A stretch of 64,000 bases of DNA from a virus (lineage: Duplodnaviria > Caudoviricetes), in the IMG/VR virus record IMGVR_UViG_2657244976_000004, positions 11,675-75,674 of that record; one strand, written 5' to 3'. The first letter of the stretch is position 1. Every line of letters begins with the position of its first letter. A program made the translations under genes and the position numbers. The notes beneath the pieces were generated by a model, which saw only the letters and a program-made list of their open reading frames with translations, did not search any database and had not been told where the DNA came from. Below are positions 50,885 through 61,960 of the stretch, one piece after another.

Positions 50885-51130
50885 ATGGCTACAACATCTC
50901 GTCAAAAGCGTATGGCAAAAAAACGCAATGCCCATATCCAGGCACTGGCAAAGCGTGAAAGTAACCGAATCGAAAAAGCAGTATTAATTTTGATACGGTG
51001 CAAACCGATGCCAGATATGCCAGCCGTACCCAGCAAGCCCAGAACTTCAGCAGATCCAGAGAAACGGATTGCAGCAGTTGCCCGCCAGAAGATGCGTGGT
51101 TGCAGTAAGTTACCTCGCGGCGTGCGTTAG
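50885..51130 (+). CDS. N-like antiterminator (Arg/Lys-rich)
   Basis: Basic N-terminus; first gene after boxA; terminator at about 51165-51196. Confidence 0.6.
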   Translation: MATTSRQKRMAKKRNAHIQALAKRESNRIEKAVLILIRCKPMPDMPAVPSKPRTSADPEKRIAAVARQKMRGCSKLPRGVR

Positions 51131-51213
51131 ACATTCATTAGCAGCAAAGCAAAATAAACCCTCGGAGCTACAGCTTAGGCTGTGGCTCTTTTTTTTACCT
51201 AAAAGGAACCAAT

Positions 51214-51483
51214 ATGAGCAATTTACCAGCAATTAGTATGAAGCAGATTGAATCTTCCCAGATCCACAGCATCGGCCATGACCCAGTTAGCAACACTCTG
51301 GCGATTCGTTTTAAGTCGAAGGGTGAACCGGCAGCCCTGTATCACTACCAGAATGTGTCCGCTGATGATTACGCGGCATTCTCCGGTGCTGAATCAATTG
51401 GCTCCCACTTCTACCGCAATATCAAACCAGATACCGAGCGCTACCCATTCCAGCGCATTAACGAAAAGAAAGACAGCGAATAA
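51214..51483 (+). CDS. KTSC domain protein
   Basis: SSQIHSIGHD, YHYQNV, AESIGSHF..NIK. Confidence 0.85.
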   Translation: MSNLPAISMKQIESSQIHSIGHDPVSNTLAIRFKSKGEPAALYHYQNVSADDYAAFSGAESIGSHFYRNIKPDTERYPFQRINEKKDSE

Positions 51484-51635
51484 GAGGTCTTATCTTGGCC
51501 CTACTCTTCGGGGCCTTTGGCTGTGCCGCACTCAGATTTAACTCGCGAATATTGGGAGGTCAACGCCTATCGTTTATTCATTAAATTAAGTAGAATATCT
51601 TAATAATTGATGGCTATTTTAGGCGGTCTAATCTA

Positions 51636-52679
51636 ATGAATGATCTGTTGAAGTCAGTTAAAGAAACCGTTATCGATAGAGTACGGAATCCGTTTTTCTT
51701 TTGTTTTATCCTCTCTTGGTTATACTTCAATTGGCAATCAGTGCTCATTGTTACTCTTAGCAAGAAACCGATTGAAGAGCGGATTGCTGTTCTCGCTGGA
51801 AAACTTGATCCTTGGCATCTTAACTCTCTTATTCTTCCAGCAATTTCCGCCTTTATTATTGCGGTTGCATTTCCTTATCTTGGCGTAGCTATCCGCCGCC
51901 TTCATATGCAGTATGAAAATATTTCTGAAGGTTTTGTTAGAAAACAAAAAACTCGCGCCTATGAAACAATTAGCCATGTTGCACAATCAAAAGTTCAAAG
52001 CGACAATGCTGAGGAGTTAGCAAAAGCAGAAATAGCTACGAAATTAGCTGATGAAGAAGAATCACAGCTTAAGTCAAAACTAAATATGGATGCATTAAGT
52101 ACCCATCATGAAACATTAAGCCTCTCGATAGAGACACTTGAAAAGCAGATTAAAAGTGCAAATGAGACGATATCTACCCTCAGTGAAAAATCAATAAGTC
52201 TTCAAAATGAATTAAATGAAAGCGAAAATATATTAGTTGGTCTCAAGGGTAAAATAAAAGAATCAAACAGAAAAGAGGGACAGTCTACAACCAAACAAAG
52301 AAACACTACTGTAGCAGAGACACTCGGATCTCCTGCATTCAAAGATGGGGAATATTTAGCTAATAAAGAAATTATGTCTCAGGTTTCAGCATTGTATAAT
52401 CCTGCTTCTGTCCTACCCAACAACCTCAAAGAGTTAATCAAAATAGCTGAATCTCCTGTTGCCAAAGAATTAGGTTTAATACTTAAAAGTGATCTTAATT
52501 TTGGTAACGTTCCAAAAGAGTTACTTGAAGGAGCAAAGTTTGGGGAAAAACTAAACGTAGCTAATTGGGGTATGGGTAAAGGAATCTCAGCTATTCCACC
52601 AATGATAAATTCACTTAAATATATCGACCCTACTAAGAATCCGGAAGATTCAGATCTCCCAGCTAAAGATGATACCTAA
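51636..52679 (+). CDS. Membrane-anchored coiled-coil moron protein
   Basis: RVRNPF..FILSW..FNW, two TMs, long heptad region; AT-rich. Confidence 0.7.
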   Translation: MNDLLKSVKETVIDRVRNPFFFCFILSWLYFNWQSVLIVTLSKKPIEERIAVLAGKLDPWHLNSLILPAISAFIIAVAFPYLGVAIRRLHMQYENISEGFVRKQKTRAYETISHVAQSKVQSDNAEELAKAEIATKLADEEESQLKSKLNMDALSTHHETLSLSIETLEKQIKSANETISTLSEKSISLQNELNESENILVGLKGKIKESNRKEGQSTTKQRNTTVAETLGSPAFKDGEYLANKEIMSQVSALYNPASVLPNNLKELIKIAESPVAKELGLILKSDLNFGNVPKELLEGAKFGEKLNVANWGMGKGISAIPPMINSLKYIDPTKNPEDSDLPAKDDT

Positions 52680-52759
52680 CCAACATATTATTTAATATAC
52701 CTCCCCCCCTTTAAAGGCCACTTATGTGGTCTTTTTTATTATATGAATAAGAAGGGCCT

Positions 52760-53086
52760 ATGAATGAATACAACTATCAGCGAATGGTTGAGCAATCGCT
52801 GGAACAGTATGACCGCCTATTAATTTCGGATCCGGATGAGCAAGAGGAGTTAGGCAAACGGATTGAGTTTTTACGCCGCCATTCGAAAATGCTCAATGCT
52901 TTTAAATCCGCTGTCAAAAATGGCTGCTTTATTGCGGGTGCCAGCACCCATTACCTTGCAGCACTTACCGAAAGCACCGCTATGGAGCTTTATCTGGATG
53001 AGGTACAGGAGGAAATATTTCTCCGGGTTGCCAAAGCAGAACGAGCAATGGAATTAGACACTGAGAAAAACCACCAACTCCAATAA
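52760..53086 (+). CDS. Hypothetical early protein
   Basis: Open frame with RBS. Confidence 0.6.
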   Translation: MNEYNYQRMVEQSLEQYDRLLISDPDEQEELGKRIEFLRRHSKMLNAFKSAVKNGCFIAGASTHYLAALTESTAMELYLDEVQEEIFLRVAKAERAMELDTEKNHQLQ

Positions 53087-53090
53087 AGAG

Positions 53091-53212
53091 AAAAGCCCCA
53101 GCGATTAAGCCGGGGCTATCCCAGGAGTGCGGGACCAACCGCAAACCTACTGAGGACTGAACAATAACCACGAGGATTATTATCAGCGTGGTTGAGTGAC
53201 CAAACCCAACCA
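53091..53212 (-). ncRNA. Predicted structured sRNA with UUGGUC loops and intrinsic terminator
   Basis: Two hairpins with UUGGUC loops, AUUGUUCAGUCCUCAGU segment, terminator; G-U pairs favour the minus strand. Confidence 0.5.
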
Positions 53213-53226
53213 TGGGAAAGCATACC

Positions 53227-53376
53227 ATGACTATTGAATTCATCAACAAACTCCAATACCACCACCGCGTTACCGGCGACGACTTCAACCTGTATCCCAA
53301 ACAATCTGGCCTGAAATTCTTCTTCGTCTGTGTTTTAGGCGCGTTCATGTTTCTGGCTATCGCTATCAAAATCTGA
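53227..53376 (+). CDS. 49-aa single-TM protein
   Basis: MTIEFINKLQY...FFFVCVLGAFMFLAIAIKI; stop overlaps the next RBS. Confidence 0.5.
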   Translation: MTIEFINKLQYHHRVTGDDFNLYPKQSGLKFFFVCVLGAFMFLAIAIKI

Positions 53377-53388
53377 GGGCTGACCAAT

Positions 53389-54450
53389 ATGACTAACAAA
53401 ATCAACTTCCCCGAGGTAATCATTAAGGATGATGCTGCACCAGTTTTATATACCAACGGTGGATTAAAGGCATTTGTAGACCAAGCACGCCAAGCAGTTG
53501 AAAACGAAGTGGTAGACGCAACGACTAAAGAAGGTCGCGCTCGTGGTAAATCTTTGGCTAGACAGGTATCCAGTAGCAAAAATGCTATTGAAAAACCGGG
53601 CAGAGACTATTTACGGCGCTTGAAAGAAGCAGTTAAACCAGCAGAACAAGAGTTACGGTGGTTTGTTGATGAAATGGATAAGCTACGTGACGATGTTCGC
53701 CGTCCTGTTGATGAATGGGAAAGTAAGGAAAAACAAAGAATTGAAAAGCTAAATGAGAAACTTAGCTTTTTGAGAAATGCAGGCAACGTTATAGATGAGC
53801 TCGGTAATTTGCAAAACTCTCAAATAATCGAAAGCCGTTTAGAGACACTAAAAAATACAGTGATTGACGAAAGTTGGTTTGAAATACAACAAGAGTCTAT
53901 TGCTGCAAAAGATGCCTCTATCACCAAGTTAGAGCAGGCACTAATCGTTGCTCGTGAGAATGAAGCTCAAGTCGCTGAACTTTCCCGACTCCGCAGGGAA
54001 GCAGAAGACAAAAAACGTCATGATGAAATTGAACGAGTAAAACGGGAAGCGGCTGATTTTGCGAGGATAACCGCTGAAGCTGAAGCAGATCGAAAACTTC
54101 AGACTCAGCGTGATGCGGCGGCCAAGGCAGAAGCAGAGGCTAAAGCAGAAAGAGATATGCTTCAGCAGCAAGCCCTATTAGCGGAGGCACGGCGCAAGAA
54201 AGATATTGAAGATGCGGAAAATCGCGCACGCTTCGAAGCTGAAAAAAGCCAGCGCGAGCACTTGCAAGAAGAGCAGCGCCGTCAAGAAGAACAAAATAAG
54301 CGAGAAGCAGATAAAGCGCATCGCCAAAAAATATTTGGTGAGATCATGGATAACTTAGTTCAAGAAGCAGGAATTGACCGGGTTGCTGCCCGTGCAATTG
54401 TTGTTGCAATTGCCGCACGAAAAATAGCTCATACACAAATTAATTTCTGA
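53389..54450 (+). CDS. Phage coiled-coil protein
   Basis: DATTKEGR..SLARQV, LRDDVRRPVDEWE; EKRA-rich. Confidence 0.75.
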   Translation: MTNKINFPEVIIKDDAAPVLYTNGGLKAFVDQARQAVENEVVDATTKEGRARGKSLARQVSSSKNAIEKPGRDYLRRLKEAVKPAEQELRWFVDEMDKLRDDVRRPVDEWESKEKQRIEKLNEKLSFLRNAGNVIDELGNLQNSQIIESRLETLKNTVIDESWFEIQQESIAAKDASITKLEQALIVARENEAQVAELSRLRREAEDKKRHDEIERVKREAADFARITAEAEADRKLQTQRDAAAKAEAEAKAERDMLQQQALLAEARRKKDIEDAENRARFEAEKSQREHLQEEQRRQEEQNKREADKAHRQKIFGEIMDNLVQEAGIDRVAARAIVVAIAARKIAHTQINF

Positions 54451-54457
54451 GGTGCTC

Positions 54458-55243
54458 ATGAATCCGGGTATTTACTATGACATTCCAAACGAGACTTATC
54501 ACTCTGGCTCTGGAGTGAGTAAATCAATGCTGGATATGGTCGCTTTAGATCCCTCGCTTATTCAATGGCGGAAGAATGCCCCCGTCGATACAGAGAAGCT
54601 CTCAGCGCTCGATATGGGTACAGCGCTGCACTGTGCACTACTTGAGCCAGATGAGTTTGATAACCGATTTATCAAAGCCCCTCTGTTCAATCGTCGGTCA
54701 ACCGAAGGTAAGGATAAAGAAAAAGCTTTCATCGCTGATTGCGAGGGTGGCGGAAAAATTATTTTAGATCATGAACAGCATCGCCAATTAACGCTAATGC
54801 AGGGGAGTACCTTCGCCCATCCGGCAGCAAAATTTTTACTCGAAGAGGACGGTTTCTGTGAATCATCTATTTACTGGATAGATGATGAAACGAGCGAATT
54901 ATGCCGCGTCCGCCCTGACAGATATTTGAAAAACCGCCCTGTTGTTATTGATGTGAAGAAAACTGCTGATATGGAGCGTTTTTTTCGTTGGCATATTGAG
55001 GGGTTTCGTTATCACGTACAGGCTGCTATGTATTCCGATGGCTTTTATCAGCATTTTGGAGAGTGGCCACAATTTATATTCATCGTCGTCAGTGAAACTA
55101 TTGACTGTGGTAGGTACCCAGTACGAGTCGTTAAGTTGGATACAGTAAAGATGGATCGAGGAAATCGCCTGTATCGAAGCGACTTAATGACATATCACGA
55201 GTGTAAAGTTTCAAATAACTGGGGCGGCATTGAAATTGTTTAA
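54458..55243 (+). CDS. recE: RecE/Exo VIII-like exonuclease (DUF3799-like)
   Basis: PGIYYDIPNE.YH, GTALHCALLEP, CRVRPD, DVK, YHVQAAMY. Confidence 0.85.
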   Translation: MNPGIYYDIPNETYHSGSGVSKSMLDMVALDPSLIQWRKNAPVDTEKLSALDMGTALHCALLEPDEFDNRFIKAPLFNRRSTEGKDKEKAFIADCEGGGKIILDHEQHRQLTLMQGSTFAHPAAKFLLEEDGFCESSIYWIDDETSELCRVRPDRYLKNRPVVIDVKKTADMERFFRWHIEGFRYHVQAAMYSDGFYQHFGEWPQFIFIVVSETIDCGRYPVRVVKLDTVKMDRGNRLYRSDLMTYHECKVSNNWGGIEIV

Positions 55244-55257
55244 GAGGTTTAACTAAC

Positions 55258-56244
55258 ATGTCACAGTTAATGATAATTCAGGAGAATCTATCCAAAGAAC
55301 TTGAGCCAGCCCGTAATATTCTCCCCAAACATATTCCTTTTGACCGGTTTGTGAATGCCGCAGCTGTCGCCCTTGCAAATAATGCTGACCTTTACTCATC
55401 AGAGCCACAAAGCCTTATTAATGCACTCACTATGTGCGCCAAAGATGGGTTAATCCCTGATGGTCGTGAAGCGGCAATGGTCGTTTTTAATACCAAAGTC
55501 AAAAGAGACAATAAAGATATTTGGATAAAGAAAGCCCAATATATGCCCATGGTTGACGGTGTAATGAAACGGGCGCGGCAATCTGGCGAAGTTGAAATTA
55601 TTGCTTCGCGTATTGTTTATGAAAATGATGAGTTTGACGCATGGATGGACGACACTGGCGAGCATATTCGGTACCGGCCGACGCTCAAAACTCGTGGAGG
55701 TTATCTCGGTTCATTCGCTTATGTTCGAATGAAAACAGGCCACGTGCAATTCGAATGGATGAATCATGAAGATATAGAAAAAGTTCGTATGGCGAGTAAA
55801 AACAGCGATAGTGGCCCTTGGAAAGATTGGTGGGAGGGTATGGCAAGAAAATCAGTTATGCATCGACTCGCTCGGCGTTTGCCAAATAGCTCTGAATTGA
55901 TGGAAATGCTTGAACGCGGCAATGAAATGAATTGGCAGAAACAACAAGAAGAACGCGACATAACACCCCAGAGCAATATCCCAGACACTATTTCATCGCT
56001 TAATAATGCCATCAATGGTCAACCAGAGGATATTTCACCCACTGAATATGTTATGAGTGATGATGACCGGCAAATGTTCGATGACCTAATCTGGCAAATG
56101 GAGGAATGTCAGAACGCTAATGAATTGAAATCTGTTAGCGCTAAGGTTCGAACAATGCAAAAAGATCAAGCGAGTACCGATGAAGCTAATAAAACATATT
56201 CAGCAGTAAAACAACGCCTAAGCAGCCAAGAAAGCAATATTTAG
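55258..56244 (+). CDS. recT: RecT recombinase
   Basis: GLIPDGREA, AQYMPMVDG, VYENDEF, GPW.DWWEGMARKSV. Confidence 0.9.
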   Translation: MSQLMIIQENLSKELEPARNILPKHIPFDRFVNAAAVALANNADLYSSEPQSLINALTMCAKDGLIPDGREAAMVVFNTKVKRDNKDIWIKKAQYMPMVDGVMKRARQSGEVEIIASRIVYENDEFDAWMDDTGEHIRYRPTLKTRGGYLGSFAYVRMKTGHVQFEWMNHEDIEKVRMASKNSDSGPWKDWWEGMARKSVMHRLARRLPNSSELMEMLERGNEMNWQKQQEERDITPQSNIPDTISSLNNAINGQPEDISPTEYVMSDDDRQMFDDLIWQMEECQNANELKSVSAKVRTMQKDQASTDEANKTYSAVKQRLSSQESNI

Positions 56245-56290
56245 TATTTCCTCTCCCCTATATTAACAAGTTCCCCACAGGTAACCCATT

Positions 56291-57430
56291 ATGACCACAC
56301 AGGCCACCACAGCCAGTGTGCTGGAGTCATCCCTGCGTCCAGTTCGGGCGCAGTTAGACCTTGCCATTGAGCAGACTACCGGCACCGCACAGCGCTCTAT
56401 AGAGAGCGCGACTGTTTTACTCAACCAAGCACAGTCCCTATGTATTGAACAACTCAACATTGAGACTGACGAGTACAACCTTTTATTCGACCGTTTAGAA
56501 AAAACTGAAAACGACCTAACCACGAAATCCTTGGCGTTAACACAAGTGCAGGAACGCATAGAAAATGCAGACCTGTCAGTGAGTGAAGCCAATGCACAGC
56601 GAGACAGTATTTCAGCCAAATACAACCTGTCACTTTCCGACCAGCGAGTATTGGCCACTGAAGTGAATCGGCTGAAATCACTGAATCCTGAAAAAATGAA
56701 AATCCAGATTGTTCGCCTGAAAGATGATCTGGAGAACAAAAGAACCCTATTAAACCAGCAACTAACGGAGATCCGGCGATACAAAAAAGAGGTGGCAGAA
56801 AAAACCAGCAAACTGGCTGTCATGGTCAATGTTAATGACCAATTGAATAATGCCGTTTCTGACCTCACCAACCGGATCCAGCGTATGGATGGTGACGTCG
56901 AACCAACCTATTACCGTGGTCATGATGGCACTGAGTTTTACTTTTATACCTTCCAGTGGGGGCTAAAACTGCGCTCAGGTGATTACGATATGCAGCTCAT
57001 TAACGATATTGACTGGCATATTGAAATCCGCACCACCAGCGGCATTGGCCTGATCGTTTCGGTGAATGAGTGGGCATTGCCGGTCTACCCGATGGTTGAT
57101 GACTTCAAACAGAACTGGCCGGATGGCCTAACACCCGCAGTTACCCAGCGTATTCGTGATCTGCTTGAGCCTACTCACCCACATTGGGTGAAGCGGGCCG
57201 AATGGGCCGAAACCGTACTGACCGAAACCCTGCCGTTGAAAGAACAACATTTAGAACTGCTGGCCCGCGCGGGGATCCATTCTTTGTTTGATGTTGTCCG
57301 TCGAACGCCGGATATGTTGGCTAATGTCGTCAAAGGCTTCGGGGCTGCCAGCGCCCGCCAGGTACATGCTCAATGCACCCGAATCGTCAAAGACTGGGAA
57401 TTAGAGCAGAAACAAAAGGAAGCCGCATGA
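56291..57430 (+). CDS. Coiled-coil protein with C-terminal HhH/alpha-CTD-like domain
   Basis: Heptad repeats; LARAGIHSLFDVVRRT...KGFG. Confidence 0.6.
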   Translation: MTTQATTASVLESSLRPVRAQLDLAIEQTTGTAQRSIESATVLLNQAQSLCIEQLNIETDEYNLLFDRLEKTENDLTTKSLALTQVQERIENADLSVSEANAQRDSISAKYNLSLSDQRVLATEVNRLKSLNPEKMKIQIVRLKDDLENKRTLLNQQLTEIRRYKKEVAEKTSKLAVMVNVNDQLNNAVSDLTNRIQRMDGDVEPTYYRGHDGTEFYFYTFQWGLKLRSGDYDMQLINDIDWHIEIRTTSGIGLIVSVNEWALPVYPMVDDFKQNWPDGLTPAVTQRIRDLLEPTHPHWVKRAEWAETVLTETLPLKEQHLELLARAGIHSLFDVVRRTPDMLANVVKGFGAASARQVHAQCTRIVKDWELEQKQKEAA

Positions 57431-57855
57431 TGGATGAGGAACTGAACCTAAGCAACGGCTGCTATTTTAAGGAAGATGACCGGGCCGACTACACCGCTTG
57501 CATCATCTGGCTAATGCGCTCCCGCGCAGAGATCCGCAGTGGTAATCCCTATCGACCGATGCCAAAACCGATTTATCCCGGTAATGAGCAATGGCGTGGC
57601 TTATCTCAGGTGAATACGGTCGATATCGGTATTCGTAAACGCTACTCACTGGAAGTTTTACTGGCTATCTATCAGTTTCACCGCGCTGGCCACAATGAAA
57701 ACGTGATTGCCAGTGATACCGGTATTCCGGTGACCACTATCCGCAAGATGTTAGAGCATAAAACCCAGAGCCAGCGCAAAGCATGGCAATTGGCGCACCA
57801 GCTCCGCATCCCCTCCAAGAGAGACATTATCAACCGGTTAATACGGGAGATTTAG
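57427..57855 (+). CDS. Hypothetical HTH protein
   Basis: IASDTGIPVTTIRKML; ATGA overlap. Confidence 0.55.
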   Translation: MMDEELNLSNGCYFKEDDRADYTACIIWLMRSRAEIRSGNPYRPMPKPIYPGNEQWRGLSQVNTVDIGIRKRYSLEVLLAIYQFHRAGHNENVIASDTGIPVTTIRKMLEHKTQSQRKAWQLAHQLRIPSKRDIINRLIREI

Positions 57856-57919
57856 TTGTAGAGGAAAACCCCATGAGTATGGGTAATTTATTTCGAAAAA
57901 ATAAACTGAGGACTGACCA

Positions 57920-58746
57920 ATGACCAACGATAAAACTCACCAGATTGATGCACCAACATTTTCTGTATCCCAGCAACCTACTGAGTTGCCCCTTTCAGCC
58001 TTACTTACTCAGCGTTGCGTCGAATTTTCCAACAGCCCGAAAGCTGTCGAAATTATCGACAAAGGCATTGAAAAACTCTTTGGTAACTGGTTGAAGATGC
58101 TTTCGGCTCATATAGCAACTTCAGCAAGGTCATGAAAAACGCAATGAAAGCCGCGCTGCCTACCAACGTCGAGAACATCATCGAGCTGGAACGCTATAAC
58201 AGCCTTATAACCCGATTAATGCGCGAAAAATGGGAAACGGCTGGTATCGAAAGCGGCATAGTCAAAAAGATGGATGAAATGATAACTGAGTTCACTTCAG
58301 AGGGAGTGATACCAAAATTCATTAAAGCATCTGATCTCTGGGCGGCGTTTGTAGAAGATAACAGTGAAAGAGCCAGCGAAGAACGTTGGGATAACCCTCA
58401 GTCCATTTTTGAAGATGACCGTGATGATGGTTTTATTTATGTCGGATTACACGCCGAACCGGCTGGCGGTTATAAAACAGAAGTTAGCAAAGCATACAAC
58501 TGCGATGTCTATTTGGGTTTTCGCGCTGAGCGTGTAGATGGATGGAGAAGCGCGCAAATCCTACACGACGAATGTCCAGTCTATGAACTGTTCTCAGGCA
58601 GTTTGGAGCATAACAAGATACTTGGCAAAAGAATCATTAAAGCATATAGCCGCTTTGAGAAGCTTGTACTTGCGCTATATCACGGTGGAAGTCTCTTAGT
58701 GTGGGATTCGGCACCAGACGACCTTTATTACCCTGGCAACGATTAA
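57920..58746 (+). pseudogene. Frameshifted early gene
   Basis: Shift near 58086 links EKLFGN to LVEDAFGSYSNFSKVMKNAMK. Confidence 0.6.
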
Positions 58747-59044
58747 TCAGGAGCGAGGTATGTCTCAGGAACTGGCTTTGAAATTTAGCACCGCAGATCC
58801 AGAACAACTACTGGGCATACTTCCTACGAAAGAGGTTCTAGATTAATGAATAATGAAATCGCTTTATCAAATAGGTTTGATTATTATGGAGTGGAGATTT
58901 CACCACAAAATAGAGATTTACCAAGCATTTATCCATACCAAAAAACATTGGCATAAGTAAGGTTAATACTTTATAGAAATACAAACACCCCTTAATAAAT
59001 AAGGGGCTGTGTTAGGTTAAGTAGATTAAGCATTAATTAAATGT

Positions 59045-59314
59045 TTACTTTTCCTTGTAAACATCTGCAGTAGCATGGATTTTATTATTTGTGTTAGCCG
59101 AAGTAAGTACGTATATATCACCTCCTTTCTCATCGGCCTTTTTAGATAGTTCAGTCTTTGCATCAGACTGCGATACTTCGCCGGCAGTGGAAATGTGTGC
59201 AACTTTTACATAGTGACCTTTCACCTTTTCAAAATCTACTTTTGACATTAACTCTGCTGACATCACATTGAAAGTGAGAGCACTAACGAAAATACACAGT
59301 ATGTATTTTTTCAT
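59045..59314 (-). CDS. YdgH/BhsA/McbA (DUF1471) family periplasmic protein
   Basis: Signal peptide; [13 protein letters not shown]...HATADVYK. Confidence 0.85.
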   Translation of the reverse strand: MKKYILCIFVSALTFNVMSAELMSKVDFEKVKGHYVKVAHISTAGEVSQSDAKTELSKKADEKGGDIYVLTSANTNNKIHATADVYKEK

Positions 59315-59489
59315 AAAATATTCCTTTAGTTGGTAGTGTGTATGGCATTCTAATAAAACTGACTAGTTACATTTAACCAAGTTTAAGTATCTACTAATTT
59401 ATATATGTAATGAACCACACCTGTTGATAACATGTCTCGTTGTATATATTCCCTCTATTATTTCTGATAAAAGTTTTTCGGGATTATTA

Positions 59490-60626
59490 TTAATGATCAA
59501 GGTAGAGATAATGCATCCAACTAGTCATTCGCAGTAGCACCTTACGCATAACAGAAACATGAGTAAAATGGTCAGAATAAACAGCAACCTGAGCAAAAAT
59601 ACCATCAGGTAATGCCTCTACATCAACATTGGATTCCAGTTCAATGACAGCCAATACACCATCAGTACCAGGAGTAATGCTCAGTGATTGCAATGCTCCC
59701 TGAGCCTGATATGTTCCTCCAGGAACTACGGGTAGAATTCTGACGAGTTTCCCTTGGAAAACCTGGCCTGGTAATGCATTAAAAACAACTTCAGCTTCAT
59801 CACCAGCTTGCAGGCGCAGCAATGAATTTTGACGGAATTGCGCAATAATCTGCCGTTTTTGTTCCGGAATAAAAACCATAACCGGGCGCAACGGGAGTGC
59901 TGCAGCATAGGTTCCGGGACGGATGAGCACCTGAGTTACATAACCGTTACTGGGAGCGCGGATAATGGTTTGTTCAAGATTGTATTTGGCTTCTGCTAAT
60001 TGGGCTTTGAGGCTGACTATCTGAGATTGTTCCCCATTTATAACGCTATCTATCTGACTTCTTATTTGTGCCTGTTCGGCTACTGAACCTTTCACGAGCG
60101 CATCTTGCGCCAGATAGTTTTGTCGCGCATTATCAATATCACTTTCAGAAAAAGGATTAACTTTTGCTCTACTTCCTCGAACATAGCGTTGGTAGTCTTT
60201 ATATAATCGATCCCGTTCGGCAGTCACACCCGATGTATTGGCCATCGCCTCATCTAATTGCCCCTTAAGAACCAGCGTATTATGGATTGCCGTTATTAAA
60301 TCAGCCTGTAGTCGATCAACTCGAGCCTGATACCTAGTTGCATCAATTTTAAAAAGTATTTCACCTTTTTCTATAAATACATTTTGTTTATTAGTGACTT
60401 CACTAACCACTCCAGTCACCTGAGGTGTGATAGGAATAGAAATAACGGCCTTTTGTGCTTGAAAAGTATAGGGATGATTATAGTTCATCAATAAAATTAG
60501 CGCGCCAATTAAAAAAACACCACCTAATGCAGCGGTGGGAACAGTCCATTTATTTACCGGTATTTTGAATATTTTAAATATGGACCAGGCAAACGCAACA
60601 TATGTTAAAATAATGAGTAAATCCAT
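59490..60626 (-). CDS. HlyD-family membrane fusion protein (YiaV/YibH-like)
   Basis: [38 protein letters not shown]. Confidence 0.9.
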   Translation of the reverse strand: MDLLIILTYVAFAWSIFKIFKIPVNKWTVPTAALGGVFLIGALILLMNYNHPYTFQAQKAVISIPITPQVTGVVSEVTNKQNVFIEKGEILFKIDATRYQARVDRLQADLITAIHNTLVLKGQLDEAMANTSGVTAERDRLYKDYQRYVRGSRAKVNPFSESDIDNARQNYLAQDALVKGSVAEQAQIRSQIDSVINGEQSQIVSLKAQLAEAKYNLEQTIIRAPSNGYVTQVLIRPGTYAAALPLRPVMVFIPEQKRQIIAQFRQNSLLRLQAGDEAEVVFNALPGQVFQGKLVRILPVVPGGTYQAQGALQSLSITPGTDGVLAVIELESNVDVEALPDGIFAQVAVYSDHFTHVSVMRKVLLRMTSWMHYLYLDH

Positions 60627-60630
60627 GATG

Positions 60631-60960
60631 TTACTCCGCTGGAGGAATTGTATTATCGGCCAGTTTTACTTCTAAATCTGTTACGCGCTGCTGGAGATGG
60701 GCAAATGAAGCCTCCTGACCTTGCATACCCCAACCACGTTCAGGCCGATATAGGGTGGCCCATATCCATAAAAATGGCCATATGACATGCAGAGTGAACA
60801 GGCTTACCCATCCTGCAACATGAATAGCATCAGCATGAGGATGATTCCGTGATTTTGCAATCAGATAGGGAATATCATGAAGAATTATTATCCCGTAAAA
60901 AATCACGAGGAGGACAAAAATAAGCACACCTAAAGCAAAATAATTAAGGAACATAGCCAC
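60631..60960 (-). CDS. DUF3302 membrane protein (YiaW/YibI-like)
   Basis: [35 protein letters not shown]. Confidence 0.9.
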   Translation of the reverse strand: MAMFLNYFALGVLIFVLLVIFYGIIILHDIPYLIAKSRNHPHADAIHVAGWVSLFTLHVIWPFLWIWATLYRPERGWGMQGQEASFAHLQQRVTDLEVKLADNTIPPAE

Positions 60961-61960
60961 CTCGAATAGACGAACTGCTCATCATCAATAAAGATAGACA
61001 TATCTTTTCATAATTGTTATTGAAACTGTAAAATTTTTTACAGAACTCAATGCATCATATTACTTAAAGAGATAACCGCATTTAACAGGGATGCTTATTT
61101 CTTTTCAAAATGAGGGTAATACTACCTGCCATGAATCGATGGATAATTGATAAGTAGAAAACTACATCCTTACATTTTCATCGCACTTAGCAAGAAAGTA
61201 GGTGATGTATAACAATGATCACTATTGGACCAAGTTGCCAAATCCGTTCCTTTTGCACCAAAAATCGAATTCGTATTTGTTCACTAGTTGAGTGAGAGAT
61301 AATACTACCGAACTATCTGCGGCCAAGAACGACGATTCTGTTGGAAATCGCTGCATTATGCTCATAATTTCAAACAATGATCAGCTCATTGAAAATACAA
61401 AACAGATTTATTATCTGATCTGCCACTCGTTGAGCATAAATAGTTAAACTTTGTTAGATATATCTGTCTATTGTACTTCAACCATGTATCCATTTAACGA
61501 TCAACGACCTTACACTTGTCTTTCATCAGAGCCTGAATCAACAACAATTCATCATTACAGTTTATAGTACTGTAGTCTAGCCCCTTTATTTCATTGAAGA
61601 TCAGGTAGAGAAAACAAGCACTGGGGTAAGCTGCTGGGAAAACCCGGATAATATAACGATTCCCGATATCTAAGTTGCCCCTTGTGGGTAGATTATACCT
61701 TTATTGCTTATAAGTGATTGGTCACACCACGAGATTGATAATTGACTATATAATAAATAACACATAATAATTCTAAAGAAACAGTAGTACATGCCCTCAA
61801 TGTTAGTTCCCAAAATAGGAATTTAATTACTAACCACAAACAAGACACGAATCAACTGTAACCCTCACCATCTAGACATTCATAGCCCCTTACCACCCCA
61901 GACCAAACGACCATAATAGGGCGTAACATCTTTGCGCCCTTTCCTACTGAGGAAAGACCA

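Noticed and set aside
52760-53086. Gam-like nuclease inhibitor
   Set aside because: Position is suggestive but I cannot match Gam motifs; left as hypothetical.
52980-53579. 199-aa minus-strand ORF
   Set aside because: Overlaps three plus-strand genes and the structured RNA region; no recognisable protein features.
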